The translations under genes were made by a program, and so were the position numbers. Positions 1 to 12,645 of a stretch of 64,000 bases of DNA are shown here, piece by piece. Below the pieces are notes generated by a model, which did not search any database, was not told the origin of the DNA, and saw only the letters and a program-made list of their open reading frames with translations. The stretch comes from Marsupella aquatica. Taxonomy: Eukaryota; Plantae; Marchantiophyta. The DNA lies in assembly GCA_973895155.1 (NCBI GenBank), contig OZ316891.1, positions 26,343,972 to 26,407,971 of the forward strand, in the 5' to 3' direction. Every line of letters starts with the position of its first letter. The stretch's first letter is position 1.

Positions 1-555
1 TGGTAGGTGTGCCCACAAGATGCTGGAATCCAGTTGAAGCAATGAAACCCATTGCAACACACTGGACAAACAGTAAGTGAAGCTTGGACTCCTACAGATC
101 GACAAGAAGTAGGAATAAAACGAGGAGCTAACACAGGGCAAGGATGCTTCAAAACTTTGTTTAAAATGGAATGTTCTTGAGATTGAGCTTCCAGAAGCTC
201 CTCCACCCCCTTAACGACAATCTCCCTTTCTTCCACGACTTTGGTCAATCTTGCCACCTTGCTTGGCAAGTCTTTGAACATATGATCTTTGTCGGTGTGG
301 AGCGTCCTCAACACAATCAACTCATCTGAAATTGATCTTGACCAGGAGTTCAACATCTCAATTGTGGCCTCATGCTGCTTCAGATCAGTTTGAAGGTGTG
401 TCAAATAATCGTTGGGGGTCTGTCACAAAGAATAAAAAACAGAGTGTCATTCATCAACTCACAAATCATATTAGCTGCAAGCTACTAATCTCAGATTTCC
501 AACGTTAGTGAAGAGAATAAATAGAAAGTGCGATAAAAACTAATGTGGAAATTGA

Positions 556-1845
556 TCAGAGTGAAACCTCATCGTCTTCACATTGGTTGCCTTCTTCCAA
601 CTCAATGGCATTCGTGGTTTCTTCATGCTTCTCTTCTTCATTTGATACTGAATCCTTTACAAGCTTCAACTCCTCCTCTAGTTTGCAAATTTGATGATGA
701 ATCCGCTGCAATGCACTTCGCCGGTCACACTCTGAAGATTTCAAATTTTCCAGGCTTTGAAGAAGTTTCTGAACATCTTCGCGGGCCTCTCTTACTTGGT
801 TCTTACTCCATGACATTTCTGATTCAAGCATGGATAGTAACAAGGCACGAGGGGGGGTACTTGGCGACTGCGCAAGAGTGGAAGGACTTGGCCGCACCCA
901 CGGAATAGGGGAGGCAGATGCAGTACCAAGTAGCTCAGCAGGAACTTTTTCGAGGGAAAGAACATCTCATCCGCTCTCGGGGATTGGAGACTTCATCGTT
1001 GGCTCTTTCAAAGAGAGGCCTGAAGGAACTCGGGGAGGAACTGCCTCATGAATTGCATCCTCAATAACTTGTGGATCTGCGTGCTTATAGACACGACCAG
1101 TCTTCCTTACACAAGGGGGCCCATTAGGCTTACCTTTGCCTTCTCTATGCCACTGAACAATCTGGCCTTTCAACTTAGATGCAGCGTATGCGGCCCAATT
1201 AACTGTCCTCCCCAACACTCGCTCAACATACACTCCCTTAACAAATGTATGTGCCAACACTCCATTGACCGGCTTCTCATATCCATCGACAACTTGGGAT
1301 AAATGTAAGACATCCTCTTGTGGCAAGCCTGTGCAACTACCTAGTTTGTAACCGCTCCGTCCCTTATCTCCAAAGCACGTGACTAGCATTTCCTCACTGA
1401 TGTCAATGATTCTATGGAGATTTTCGCCTTCATTCGGAAGGCCAAACTGGGTAGCAAAGAAGTGAGCGTCCTTGTAAAAATCGGCTGGATCCCATTCGTT
1501 GTCTGTCGCCTCTGAAGCTGGCTTCACTCTACCTTTAGATTTCTCAATAGATGCTACCGCTCGAGCAACACAATCATCTGAACTGGGTTTTCCTTTAGAG
1601 AGTTTGACTAACATAGACCCGGCTGGATCCCATTTGTTGTCTGTCGCCTCTGAAGTTGGCTTCACTCTACCTTTAGATTTCTCAATAGATGCTACCGCTC
1701 GAGCACCACAATCGTTTGAACTGGGTTTTCCTTTAGAGAGTTTGTTGACTAACACAGACCCGGTTGAGCGTTCTTGAGGAGAGTTTTCTAATGACCCTAC
1801 ACCCTCACCTCCATCAACGGGCAATGGAAGTGGGGTATCCATCAA
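556..1845 (-). CDS. Gypsy accessory ORF downstream of pol (unknown function, coiled-coil C-part), frameshifted near 970 and probably spliced to a further exon below 420
   Basis: ORFs 967-1845 (292 aa) and 556-897 lie in the same orientation as pol. There is an internal ~123-bp duplication (1487-1750) encoding KLSKGKPSS...ATDN.WDPA twice. Confidence 0.5.
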
Positions 1846-2728
1846 AACAACTATGAAAAGTCCTGACTAAATCTGATGAGAGTTCTGGTAAATCTAAAGT
1901 AGAGAAGGTTACGTCAAATATCGATGAAAGGAAGTAGAATAGGTGGTGCATTAGGTATCAAAGTTACAAGCGTACCCTCAGTCTGGCCTGCGGAGCACGT
2001 CACGCTCATGAAGTAGCACTTCCACCCAAACCTGCGCAAACTCTCCATGCCCACAACATGTCAAAGACCATGTATGCAACATTTGCACCATCGCTGATTT
2101 GAAAGTTCTTGAGTTTACAAGCACCTATCGCCGAACGCGTTGCGACTGTGAGGAATATGAAGGTCTGTCTAGAATTGGTTGAAACTGCAACAAAGCAACA
2201 TTTGCTTACCCGAGCTCTAAACCAATGTCACCAAACCGCACCACCTTAGAAAAGATTTGAAAGAATAGAATATTTCCTTCAAGCACTAAAATTGAAACAT
2301 TCGGCAGAACTCCTCAACGTTCATTGTCGACGTTTACTGCTGACATCCACTACTTTGCGACATTCAATCTCGTTCAGTCTCGCCACCACTATCATTGACA
2401 ATCCCCTAAGCCTCCCAAACAAACTACTTTGCGACACTACTCGGCGTTCACTCCCCCCGCCACTGTCATTGAGTATCCCCGAAGCCTCCCGAACATCTAG
2501 AAATCTAAGGCACAGCAGGCCCCAGCGGCCAATTCCTCACCGTTGATGGAAACCCGCGGATGGCACGGAAGCCTCGCGGCTATTTCAAACTTGGCGGCGA
2601 TTTCAAACTGCGGGAATGACGGAACTGGTCCCCTCCTTCTCCGTGGAAGGACCTTAGTGGCTAGAAATGATGCGATGTCCTTTTGCGTCATTAATTCCTT
2701 CACGGGGTTGAAGTCCTTGGTGGCCCCA

Positions 2729-5464
2729 CTATCCTTCAATCTTGATCGTTGATCTTCGTATCACCACAAGGACTACCTCTCCATTTTGGTGATCCTTTTT
2801 GCGTCCTTTTGCCCCCCTCAAGCTTGCAATTGACCATCTCTGAATGTACCGGTGGACATCCCAAAAAAGAGTTGGCCACCAATAGCCAGCATCCAGTATC
2901 TTCCTAGCTGTGGTTTCTCGTGCAAAGTGGCCACCGACTTCCTCCTCATGTAGTGCCGCCATTACTGTACTTATCTCAACCTCCTCCAAACAATGACGAA
3001 GGCGTCCATCCATCCCGTATTTGTGAAGTACTCCCTTCACAAGCAAGTAGGGCCCCATCTTGCGTAAGAACACTGTTGCACGTTCCGGACCCAACCGTAA
3101 TGGAACCCTGGCCGTACGGAGAAATTCAAGAATTTCTCCATACCAAGTGGTGGCCTCCGCAGTCACCTTGAAGACCTCTTCATCGGGAAAACGATCATCA
3201 ATCTCTTGAGAGTCAGATGCTCCCTCAATACGGGAGAAGAAGTCAGCATTGCTGTGACTCTTCCCGGATCTCACCCTCACCTCATAGTTGAACTCCTGCA
3301 ACAATAGAACCCAACGTGCAATCCTTCCAGACAAATCCAGCTTATTGACCATGTACTTCAAACTATTGTGATTCGTATGGAACACCACTTTGTAACCCAA
3401 CAAATAGTGACGATATTTCTTGCAAGCGTAAATGATACCAAGAGCCTCCCTATCGGTGGGTGAGTAATTCCTTTCGGCCGGTGCCAACTGTCTACTAGCA
3501 AAGTAGATGGGGTGATCCCTCCCATCCTCATCCAGTTGGCTGAGGACAGCACCTATGCAAAATCCTGGTACGTCAACATAAACATGGAACTCTTTTGCCC
3601 AATTGGGGGTAATGAGTACCGGAGCCTCTAACAATCTCTTTTTCAATTCGTCAAAGGCAGCTTGCAAGGAGGGAGTAGGTTCAAACTCACTTCCCTTCTT
3701 CAACATGGACGTGAGTGGCATGGCCACCTTGGCAAAGTCTTTGATAAATCGTCGATAGTAGCCAACACAACCCAAGAACCCTCTCACCTCCTTGACATTG
3801 GTTGGAAAGGAGACGGCCACCCACACGGCCACCTTCTCTCGATCAACTTCAATTCCCCTAGCGGACACCTTGTGGCCCAACAGAATCCCCTCCTCAATTC
3901 CAAAGAAACATTTCTCAGGATGGAGCTTCAAGCATGTCTCCCGGCACCGCTGAAAAGTCAACCGTAAATGTTCAGGATGATTGACTCGCTTGCCATAGAC
4001 AGCAAAGTCATCAATAAAAATCTCCAAAGAACTGACGCAAAAAGTCATGGAAGATGTTCATCATGAGTCGTTGGAACATGCCCGGGGCATTGCACAACCC
4101 AAAAGGCATCCTTCTAAACGCAAAAATTCCCCACTCCGTCGTGAACGCCGTCTTGAGTTGGTCCTCTTGCCGAATCCAGATCTGGTTGTAGCTAGACTAA
4201 CCATCCAGGAAACTATAAATTTCCCACCCTGCTACCATGTCTAGCACAATGTCCATGAACGGAAGGGGGTAATGGTCCTTCTTGGTGGCCTCATTTAATT
4301 TTTGAAAATCTTGACACACACGTATTTTCACCTTGCCGTCTGGCCCTTCTTCTTGGGCACAATGACAATGGGTGATACCCTCTCACTGTGCATGACTAGG
4401 TAAATGAAGCCCGCATCCAACAACCGATCGATCTCCTCTTTGACCATCAATGAATACTTGGGATGGAGTCAGTATTGGCGCTGTTGTACCGACCGTGCTC
4501 CCAACATTAGGTCAATGCTATGCTCACCAAACTCAGGAGGTACCCCCTTCAAGTCTCGGTGGCTCCACGCAAATACGTCTTGGTATTCTTTCAACAACTC
4601 CTGAATGGTGTGTTGATCTATAGCGGCCAACTTGCGGCCAATGTTGAGGGTCTTCCCTTCACTGACCACCACCCTCGTATATTGCTCTGGTCTAATTACA
4701 TCCAACTTATTGTGGGTTTCTTTATCAAACGTTTCCTCCAAATATGCAAGCCTCATCCCCCCGTACACAGGCGCGTCGCTCTCTTGTTGGTCTGGCCGGG
4801 GCCTAGACGGGCCATGGGTCACATGGCTCATCATCTCCTCTACGTCCGCCTCATTTACAAATGCACATAGCTCCTCTCTTAGGTCATCATCTAGGATGTC
4901 ATTGACAAATCGCTCTCTCTGCTCATCATCAAACATGATATTGTGGGTCTGCCGTTTCACCTCCTCTGAGTGATCCTCCTCCACTGAGTGATCCTCCTCT
5001 TGAGTATCAGGGGTATGTAGTGGTTCAGCTCCCACAACTTCCACTCGCTCGTCTTTGGTTTCTTCTAGCATGATGCAACCTTGGCCAAGTGGCACCTCCA
5101 CTCCATTCTCCTCTGGGGTAGTAGCTTGGGGACCAAAAACATCCTCCTCTGTAAGGTGAGAAATCAATTTCACCATGTATACTTCATCTTCCTCTGAGGT
5201 GACCTCCAAATCGTATTGTTCCTCCATTGATGTAGTTTCCCCTTGAGGTGACTCCGCTGACCATGGAATGATGATAGTGGGGGTGCCAAACTGGAACTGT
5301 CGTTTTCCCCAATCGCTAGTCACCTTGGCCACGTACAACCACGGGCGGCCAATCAATATGGGAAAACCGTATGGCCTGATCGGCCGCATTACCAAGTAAT
5401 TGAGGGGAAAGGATTTGCCTCCAATCATTGTGGGTATCTTGGTGAGGCAACCCAACGGTACCAC
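2729..5464 (-). pseudogene. Gypsy pol pseudogene (protease C-half, RT, RNase H, truncated integrase)
   Basis: Motifs ILIGRPWL, WVSPIVIVPKK, DHYPLPF, MPFGLCNAP, FIDDF, VRGFLGCVGYYRRFI, IGAVLSQ, ERNYS, RIARWVLLLQEF and H..GGHF...YWWPTL. Stops and frameshifts lie in 4047-4470. The integrase core is deleted after HRYIQR (about 2840). Confidence 0.92.
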
Positions 5465-5699
5465 TCGTGCACCATCTTATTGTACGTAAACTATCTTTGG
5501 CGAGGTTGTAAGAGAACAAAAGCAAAAACAACTTGACATGTGCGCGTCACTACTACCCTTTAAAATCATTCTTTGGGACCATTGGCCCCGTCACATGGCC
5601 TGTCGGCCTAGAGTGCAGTAAAGCTCTTGTGTGTTCCCGTGGACGTACACTACAACATATTTGATACTTTTGTGAAGGTATTTTTGTCGACGCTCTTGT

Positions 5700-6145
5700 A
5701 TTTCCGATGGGCGGCGCTTGGCATAATTTGCGAATCAACCCGCATCGCAATTTGCGATTCTATCCCTATCGCAAAGATAACACTTGAAGCGCATTATATC
5801 GCTAATACGTTGTGAAGTAAGTGATTTTGCAAGTTTTACCGAAACGCGCCGAATGGAAAGCTGCCTTCTGAAGACGAGAAAATCGCTCGCCGACTCTGAA
5901 ACTAACTGATATAAATATTTGCGAAGAAGGTTGGATTGAAAATGTTTTGCGATAGTAGTTGTTTGACAAGTTTAAGAATGTCGGAGGATGGAAGATTTGT
6001 GAAACGGTGAGAATATGAAATTTGTGATTGATTTTGAATCACAAGTTTGCGAAGAGTATAGTATGGAAATATTGAGAAATGAGAAGCTTCATAGAAATTG
6101 CGAGTCCGGTGAGATTTTGTGAGCTTCGCAAATTGTTCGCAAACT
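5700..6145. repeat. CACTA left subterminal repeat cluster (TTGCGA/TCGCAA motif in both orientations)
   Basis: Many copies, e.g. aatttgcgaa, tcgcaatttgcga, tttgcgaaga, ttcgcaaattgttcgcaaa. Confidence 0.8.
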
Positions 6146-6606
6146 AAAAATTAAGATTATTGTGAGGTGAGACAATGAAGAGGGTGGATGGTCCAATATA
6201 TGGATGGGGCAGGAGGGAAGAGGAAGGGAGGATGGAGGGAGGTACAATGAAGGATGGAAAAGGGAGGGGAGTACAATGGAAGAGGAAGGAGGGAGGAGAA
6301 AGAGGAAGAGAGGAGGGACAAACGTACCACGGAGGAGGGAAACACGAGGGTGAGAATGAAAATTATGGAATAAGTAGGAAATAAAGTTATATTGAGCAAC
6401 AGAGGTTAGATAGAAAGTTGCATGTAAAATTCACAAGTGATCACAATAAAACAATACAATACATATGTCATGAGTATGACTCATTCAAAAGTGAATGGCA
6501 AATATAAATATAGACAATACTTTTTTTTATATCACCAAACATGAACAAATCAAATATAACATGAACAAATGTCTAGGCTGGACCCAAGTGCATATAAATA
6601 TGTCCC

Positions 6607-9600
6607 TCACACTTGGTCCTCATCAGCCTCAAGGTCATCTAGGTCTGATACAATAACATCTGGCTTCTCAGAAACAATGGAACGAGAACGTGGCACATAG
6701 GTGATGACAATTGACCACTCGGTGTCTAAGGGGTATGGAATGTAGAAACATTGCTCCAAGTGTGATGGGAAAGCAAATGGTTCTGATGTTTGCCAATGAG
6801 ATGCTTGAACACTAGTGGCACTTGTCTTCAACCATGTAAACCCACTCTCATCTTGAAGTACAATGCAATTTTGACCAACAAGGTTCACTTTGAACCACTT
6901 GCACTTGAAGACATATTCCTCAAACTTTAAATGGTTGTCATATGATACCACCAAGATCTCCTCTATCTTCCCATAGTGTGGCACAACATCTCTAACAATG
7001 TTCCTGTCATGGCGGCTGCTTCTGGAGTCTTGAGAAAATTCCCCTTGAACTCCACAATCAAAAGTATGACCCCTCTTCTCATCAAGGGAAGAAACCCTGA
7101 AATTAACAAAACCCACAAATTTTTATTACACAAAAGATACCATTAATGTAATAATCATCAAAATATGACACCCATCCCTAAATAGCCAAAACCCACATGG
7201 CCTATGGCATAAATATAGAAGCCAACATTATAGTTATGGATGTCATTAATGATAATAGAAAGTTTTTAAACAATAGAAATAACTAATCAAAATAAGGTCT
7301 ACATGAATTAATAGAGGAAGAAAGGTTAGGTACTAGTGGACCTGAAGTGTCTCCCTTGTGTCCACATAGCCGTCTTGGATGTCACCACTCTCAAAGGGCC
7401 ATGAACAATGGTCCGAACGTCATCTGTGATGGTAGGAAAGTGGGACACATCTCCTCCTTGTGTCACCATGTCATCCAACTCAAGCAACTTTTGCTTCATA
7501 TACTCATGCATCTTAGGAAAAATTCTTGCTCTTTGACTTGTTCTCTTGGCATTCTCATAAAACTCTCTCCATTTCTCCATGATATTACTATTACTCAACA
7601 TAAATGTTGTCAACTGTGACCACTCTGTTGATGTCAACATGCGTGTTTTTGTGGCACCTGTTAAATGGTCCTCCTCCTCTTCTCTTTCCTCCATCCAAGT
7701 ACGTGGACAAGTAGGATCAATGGTGGCCAAGATGTTACTACAATAAAACATACTCTGCTGCCAAGTATCCTGTAGCTATGCTTCCCTCCACCCGTGCACG
7801 GTTACGTACATAAGCCTTCAACACCGCCATGTAACGCTCAAGCCAATACATCCATCTACAATGCACTGGACCTGCAATGGCAACCTCCCGCACAAGATGC
7901 ACAAGTAAATGAACCTGACAATCAAAGAAGGAAGGAGGAAGGGCTTTCTCCAACTTGCATACCACCTCAGCTGCCAATACCTCCATCCTAGGGATCTCTT
8001 CTACATATATCTCCTTTGAGCATATCCATCTCAACAAATGACCCAATGACCAGATGGCATCTTGCACTTCTTCACTCCCTATACCTATAATTGCCACTGG
8101 CAATATATGCTGCAATAGGCGATGATAGTCATGTGTCTTCAGATATCATGGCCACTTGTGATTGTCCTCCATCCCAAAAGCTTTTCGAAGGTTGGCACCA
8201 TAGCCTGTAGGAAACCGCATCTCTCCTATACGGTTCTGAAATTCACGTCTTTGGCCAACACTCAACATCCAAGGAGCAGAAGGACGATTCTCCACATCTA
8301 TGATAGGATCAATTGTCACCCAAACATCTGGATGCATTTCCATCTCCTCGCATGCCTCCCTAAAATTAGTGTCCTTCTCCCCATAAAAATGCTTTATCAA
8401 AGCCTTCCCCACATTTCCCTCTATGTGCATGGGGTCTAAGAGATGGCGGATCTTCAACTCAGACCAATAGGGCAAAGTGGCTAGTATACTCCACCTGGTC
8501 AAACCTGTCCTATCAAAGGTGAAGGAATCATTTGGGTCTGCCACCCTATCAGCTAGTGACTTCCAATGTGCAAAACTTGTTGCATCAGGAATTTCACGCT
8601 CATCACCAAATGGCATGTCAAAGGAGGAGAATAGAAGTGGATCAAACCTCATCTCATGCCCCATGGGAAGAAACTTTGTATGCCCAATATAAACAATCTT
8701 TCTAATCCATGAACAATATGTGGCCATGTCCTCTAAGCTTGGGCCACAAGTAGAGCAAGCTTTGTACCCCTGAGTTTGCAATCCAGAGACAAAACCAAAC
8801 CCTGCTTACATAGAAGAAATCAAACCATGCAAACTTTATGTTAGGGTTGTCACATGAGAAACAACAATAGGAACTACACATTATTGAAGGGTTGCAAATG
8901 GCATGGAAGTTATCTTACCAGGATAGTCATGCATTGTCCAACAAATGATCCCTCTCAATTGAAAGACACGTGGAAAACCTCCTATAATTTTCCTGCCATC
9001 ATATGCCCACACTCCATCCCATAATTTTTGAAGTTCTCCAACCAATAGTGCCAAGTAAGTGTCAAAGTTCTTCACCTTTTTTGGACCTGGGATAATCAAA
9101 GACAATAAAAGGAACCCCTTCTTCATGGATAGCCATGGTGGGAGGTTATAATTCATGACAACCACAGGCCAAACTGATGTAGGTTGCCCCTTTCCTCCAA
9201 GTGAATGAGGGCTAACTCCATCAGATGCCAATCCTAGCCTCACATGGCGAGGATCATGTGCAAAGTCTGGCCATGTTGCCTCAATATGTTTGTGAGCAGG
9301 GGAGTCAACTAGCAAACGCATGACACCAGACTCTGATCGATGAGTCTTATGCCATACCATCAACTCTGCCAAGTCAGAACACCGATACATGTGCAACAAC
9401 CGAGGAATGATGGGAAACCAACTAACAGCCTTCCTTGGCACCTTCTTTGTTAGCATGTTGGGGTCATAGCAAGGCTCATCACATGTTGTACATTGTGTCA
9501 TGTTTGCATTGGCCCCATGAAATAACATGCAATCATTCACACATGCATGAACAATATGATATTCCATGCCAATAGATGAGAACACTCTTTGCCTCCTTCC

Positions 9601-11420
9601 AAGTTGCTGGCAACACATTCTCAGTGGGTAACATAAGGTCATGGCAAAGTGCAAACATATCAGATAACAAGGCATTGCTTGCCTTGTGTTTGGCCTGTAG
9701 GTTCATCAACCCCAAGATGGCTGAAAGACGACTCAAACGAGCACCCTCATAGATAGGTGTTCGGGCATGTTCCTCTACTTCTTCCCATTGGCGTTGTCCC
9801 TCAGGGGTATGTCTTGGGCGTGGATCATTGGGGGGCACCTGCCCTTCATTGGGAAGGTCATCACCAGGGTTGTCGGCACCAAACCAATCAACCATAAAGT
9901 CATCCATGGCTCTATCCTGGTCATCAGTTACTTGTTCATCCGTCCAAGGTACCTCTTCATCAGGGTTACTGCTTCCACTAGCACTTGATGAGGAGTGTGA
10001 CTCTGATCCATGTCCTTCTTCTGGCATACCCATTTCTCGATATGTTGCTCTCAATCTCCATGGTAACATATTTGGAGAGGGTCGCACATTCTAAAAACAA
10101 AGCAAACAACTGAAAGTTATATTGCAAAGAGAACACACACAAAAATGGGCTAGGGGTGTGCAAAAATGAAATAATATTGGTTGTGGTGCAAATACAAAAT
10201 GTGGCCAAAGGCCATATGTAGTGTCCTTTGATATGCAACATACCACCTATGACCCTTAACTTAACCCTAATCCCACTCATAATGAGTAAATAACTCATCC
10301 CCTGAGTTAATGGTCCTCGTCGCTACAACTAGGCAATGGTCATGATGATATGTCTGGCCATAAGGTGCTGGGGGAGGACCCTCAATGAAAACCCACTCAC
10401 AATTTTGCCTACGCTTAGGGCGAGTCCCCACGGTACTGTTTATGAAACCAGAAATATTCCCAGTCCGTATGGGGTCCCCATCTATGACACGTTGCTCACC
10501 ATACCTTCTAGTGTTTTCATCAAAAGTATCCATGTCCAATGCATAAGTCTTCCACTCAGGGTGTTGTGCAAGGATCATGTTCCAATGTCTTCTCTTGTAG
10601 ATGGGTCCACCATAAGGAAACAAAGTAGGCCCCTCTCGGCCGCGTCCACCTCTACCACTCTCGGCGTCCACAATGATGTCCTCACAGGCAAAAAATCCAT
10701 AGCCATGTCTATCCCCAAGTGTGGAAGGTTTGATAACCCAACATCTACCCCAAACCTCTACCTCCTCACCGTAGGAAAGTTGTTGTGGCAAACCAAGAGT
10801 CTCAGGATCCCAGTCCTTGATGATAGGGACACATCTGCCAGTGAACTCACAATCACCCCACCTACCCGTAACCACTGCCTTGTACAAATCAGTATCCCCT
10901 CGGGCCCGCCTCTTGGAATGCTTTCTCCCTCTTGGGACAATAGCCTCAACCCCAACTTCCCTAGGACTGGTGGGCCTTGCCGCTAGACCCAAGGCTTTTG
11001 AGAATGCATTGCCTATAGCATCTAGAACACCTTGTGATGGGACATAGGGTGCTTGTGCCGTAGGTCTAGGCCTATTGGATACCTATTCCACCGAAACCAA
11101 AACAAACAAAAGTAGGTGTGAAATTAAAAACCTTCAACCATTGAGTAATGGGAATAGGGTAGGAAAACTAAGGCATAACACTTACCATATGAGATGAAGA
11201 AGCCCCCTGCCGTATGACGTCCACAACGCCCATATCTCTCAATATGTTGGGCACATATGTAAGATTTTTGGGAAACCTGACCCACACATCTGGAACATTC
11301 ACAAAGTTGACAGGGTGGACCGTGAGGAGGAGGTGCGGTTGTGTGATGTTGAGGTGGAGGTGGTGTATCTTCATCAGAGGAGGACGAGTCTGTGGTGGAG
11401 ATTTCAGAAGATGAAGACAT
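6607..11420 (-). pseudogene. CACTA TnpD/Tnp2-type transposase, spliced and disabled. Predicted exons 11420-11186, 10090-8919, 8801-7342, 7096-6607
   Basis: Motifs HACVNDCMLF, WFPIIPRL, RLGLASDG, WPVVVMNYNLPPW, WTMHDYPG, LDPMHIEGNV, KTHDYH, HLLVHLV..GPV...WMYWLER..LK.YVRNRARVEGSI and FKCKWF. GT-AG introns keep the frame. There is a stop at 8146-8148 and frameshifts near 9590, 7745 and in exon 1. Confidence 0.93.
10267..11082 (-). CDS. SET-domain (lysine methyltransferase-like) terminal exon nested in intron 1 of the CACTA transposase gene
   Basis: Open 271-codon exon after a pyrimidine-rich AG acceptor (11083). SET motifs in order: GYGFFACEDI, PYGGPIY, YALDM, IDG...GNISGFINS, NC, VATRTINSGDELFTHY. 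Basic NLS-like stretch PRGRKHSKRRAR. Confidence 0.85.
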   Translation of the reverse strand, partial: VSNRPRPTAQAPYVPSQGVLDAIGNAFSKALGLAARPTSPREVGVEAIVPRGRKHSKRRARGDTDLYKAVVTGRWGDCEFTGRCVPIIKDWDPETLGLPQQLSYGEEVEVWGRCWVIKPSTLGDRHGYGFFACEDIIVDAESGRGGRGREGPTLFPYGGPIYKRRHWNMILAQHPEWKTYALDMDTFDENTRRYGEQRVIDGDPIRTGNISGFINSTVGTRPKRRQNCEWVFIEGPPPAPYGQTYHHDHCLVVATRTINSGDELFTHYEWD

Positions 11421-11859
11421 ATCCCCTGTAACAAGATATAATTAAAATGGGCATGTTATGACCAAAACATACCACAAAATGATATAAATCAAAGTTCCCA
11501 AATAATGATGACAAGAAACCCAAACCAAAATGACCATAGCAATAAAAAATGTACCTTTATGAGACCCGGGCTCAATAGTGCCAATAGGTCTTGTGGCTCT
11601 AAGATAATTAATGAACCCAATCTGAAAGTATGAGGGAAAAGCTGCAACCATTCCATGTATATGTAAGCATAATAATCTGGACCAGACAAGAACAAAAAAC
11701 CCTATATACATGTCCCCTTTATACATAGTGGCAACCAAAAGTGTTAAGTACATGAAAGGAACACTTGAGCCGATCATGCAATGTTTACCTTTCAGATGCC
11801 CGGGCTCTCACAATGCATATGCATTAGTATCAAATCATCAAAAAGTGCCGCACCCTGCA

Positions 11860-12560
11860 AGCTATCATATATTCCCCTCCTTTGTTAGCAAAACCCATGC
11901 CAATCCCTTTTTGATTCATAAACCCAATGAACCTCTCTTAAACCCAAAAGGCTCCAATATAAATCTCATGAAACCTTGCTTTGTCTTATCCAAACCTTCA
12001 ACCCCAAACCGCATCCTACCTATTAAACCTAAATCTGCCTTACACACAAACCCAAACCTTTCTTCAACCCTAGAGACCTTTCTATTTAGAAACCCCAAAC
12101 CCTAAAACCCTAAACCCAAACCTTACTTATTTCTTGTAAACCAATTCCCACACCTTTATTATTTCTTCTAAACTAATGTAAACCCAAACCTTAGCCTAAA
12201 CCAACACCATACATAACCCATTAACCTGAAATCTGCCTAACCCTTCAAACCCGCCTTCAAGTATTATCTAACACCCAAAACATGGCCAAAAAGCATTCCA
12301 AATATGAGTATAGAGGGGTCCACTTCACCTTTGAAAAAAACCCTTTCAAATGAAACCAACATTCCCCCCAGGACGAGTTGCCAATGTCTTGCGAAGCCGC
12401 TTTCTTCGCAAATACCATCACAAATTAGAATTGAGGTTTGCGAAGCCTTTCACGTCGCAATGGTTTCGCAAAATTGAGAAACTACATGCGAAACGAGAAG
12501 GATCGCAACTTGCGAAACGGGTTGCTTCGCAAGTCTTTCCCGCTTGTACTTTTGCACTCG
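11860..12560. promoter_or_regulatory. Divergent promoter region between the transposase/SET gene and the second CACTA gene
   Basis: Lies between head-to-head ATGs (11420 minus, 12646 plus). Contains AAACCC(T)A telo-box-like repeats and an internal TTCGCAA/TTGCGAA cluster at 12388-12535. Confidence 0.5.
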
Positions 12561-12645
12561 TCCGCGGTGTACTCAGCGGCATTTGACAAACTTCAAGCGT
12601 AGGGAGGGAGAAGGGAGCTCGCGCGCGCTCGGGGGTGGCTTAGCT

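Larger units (their letters stand above)
1..5476 (-). mobile_element. Degenerate Ty3/Gypsy LTR retrotransposon, internal part (PR-RT-RH-IN plus an extra 3' ORF); gag and both LTRs are not seen in the window
   Basis: Domain order PR-RT-RH-IN on the minus strand. The sequence breaks at about 5476 inside the protease region (DGARVVPLG). Confidence 0.9.

Noticed and set aside
5548-5560. CACTACTACCC as the left CACTA end
   Set aside because: The end at 5648 matches the right TIR over 10 bp and gives the GTA TSD. This one does not.
10336-10986. 216-aa plus-strand ORF
   Set aside because: It is the antisense shadow of the SET exon and has no motifs.
11860-12250. Interstitial telomere array
   Set aside because: Only scattered, degenerate AAACCC(T)A motifs are present, more like promoter or low-complexity sequence.
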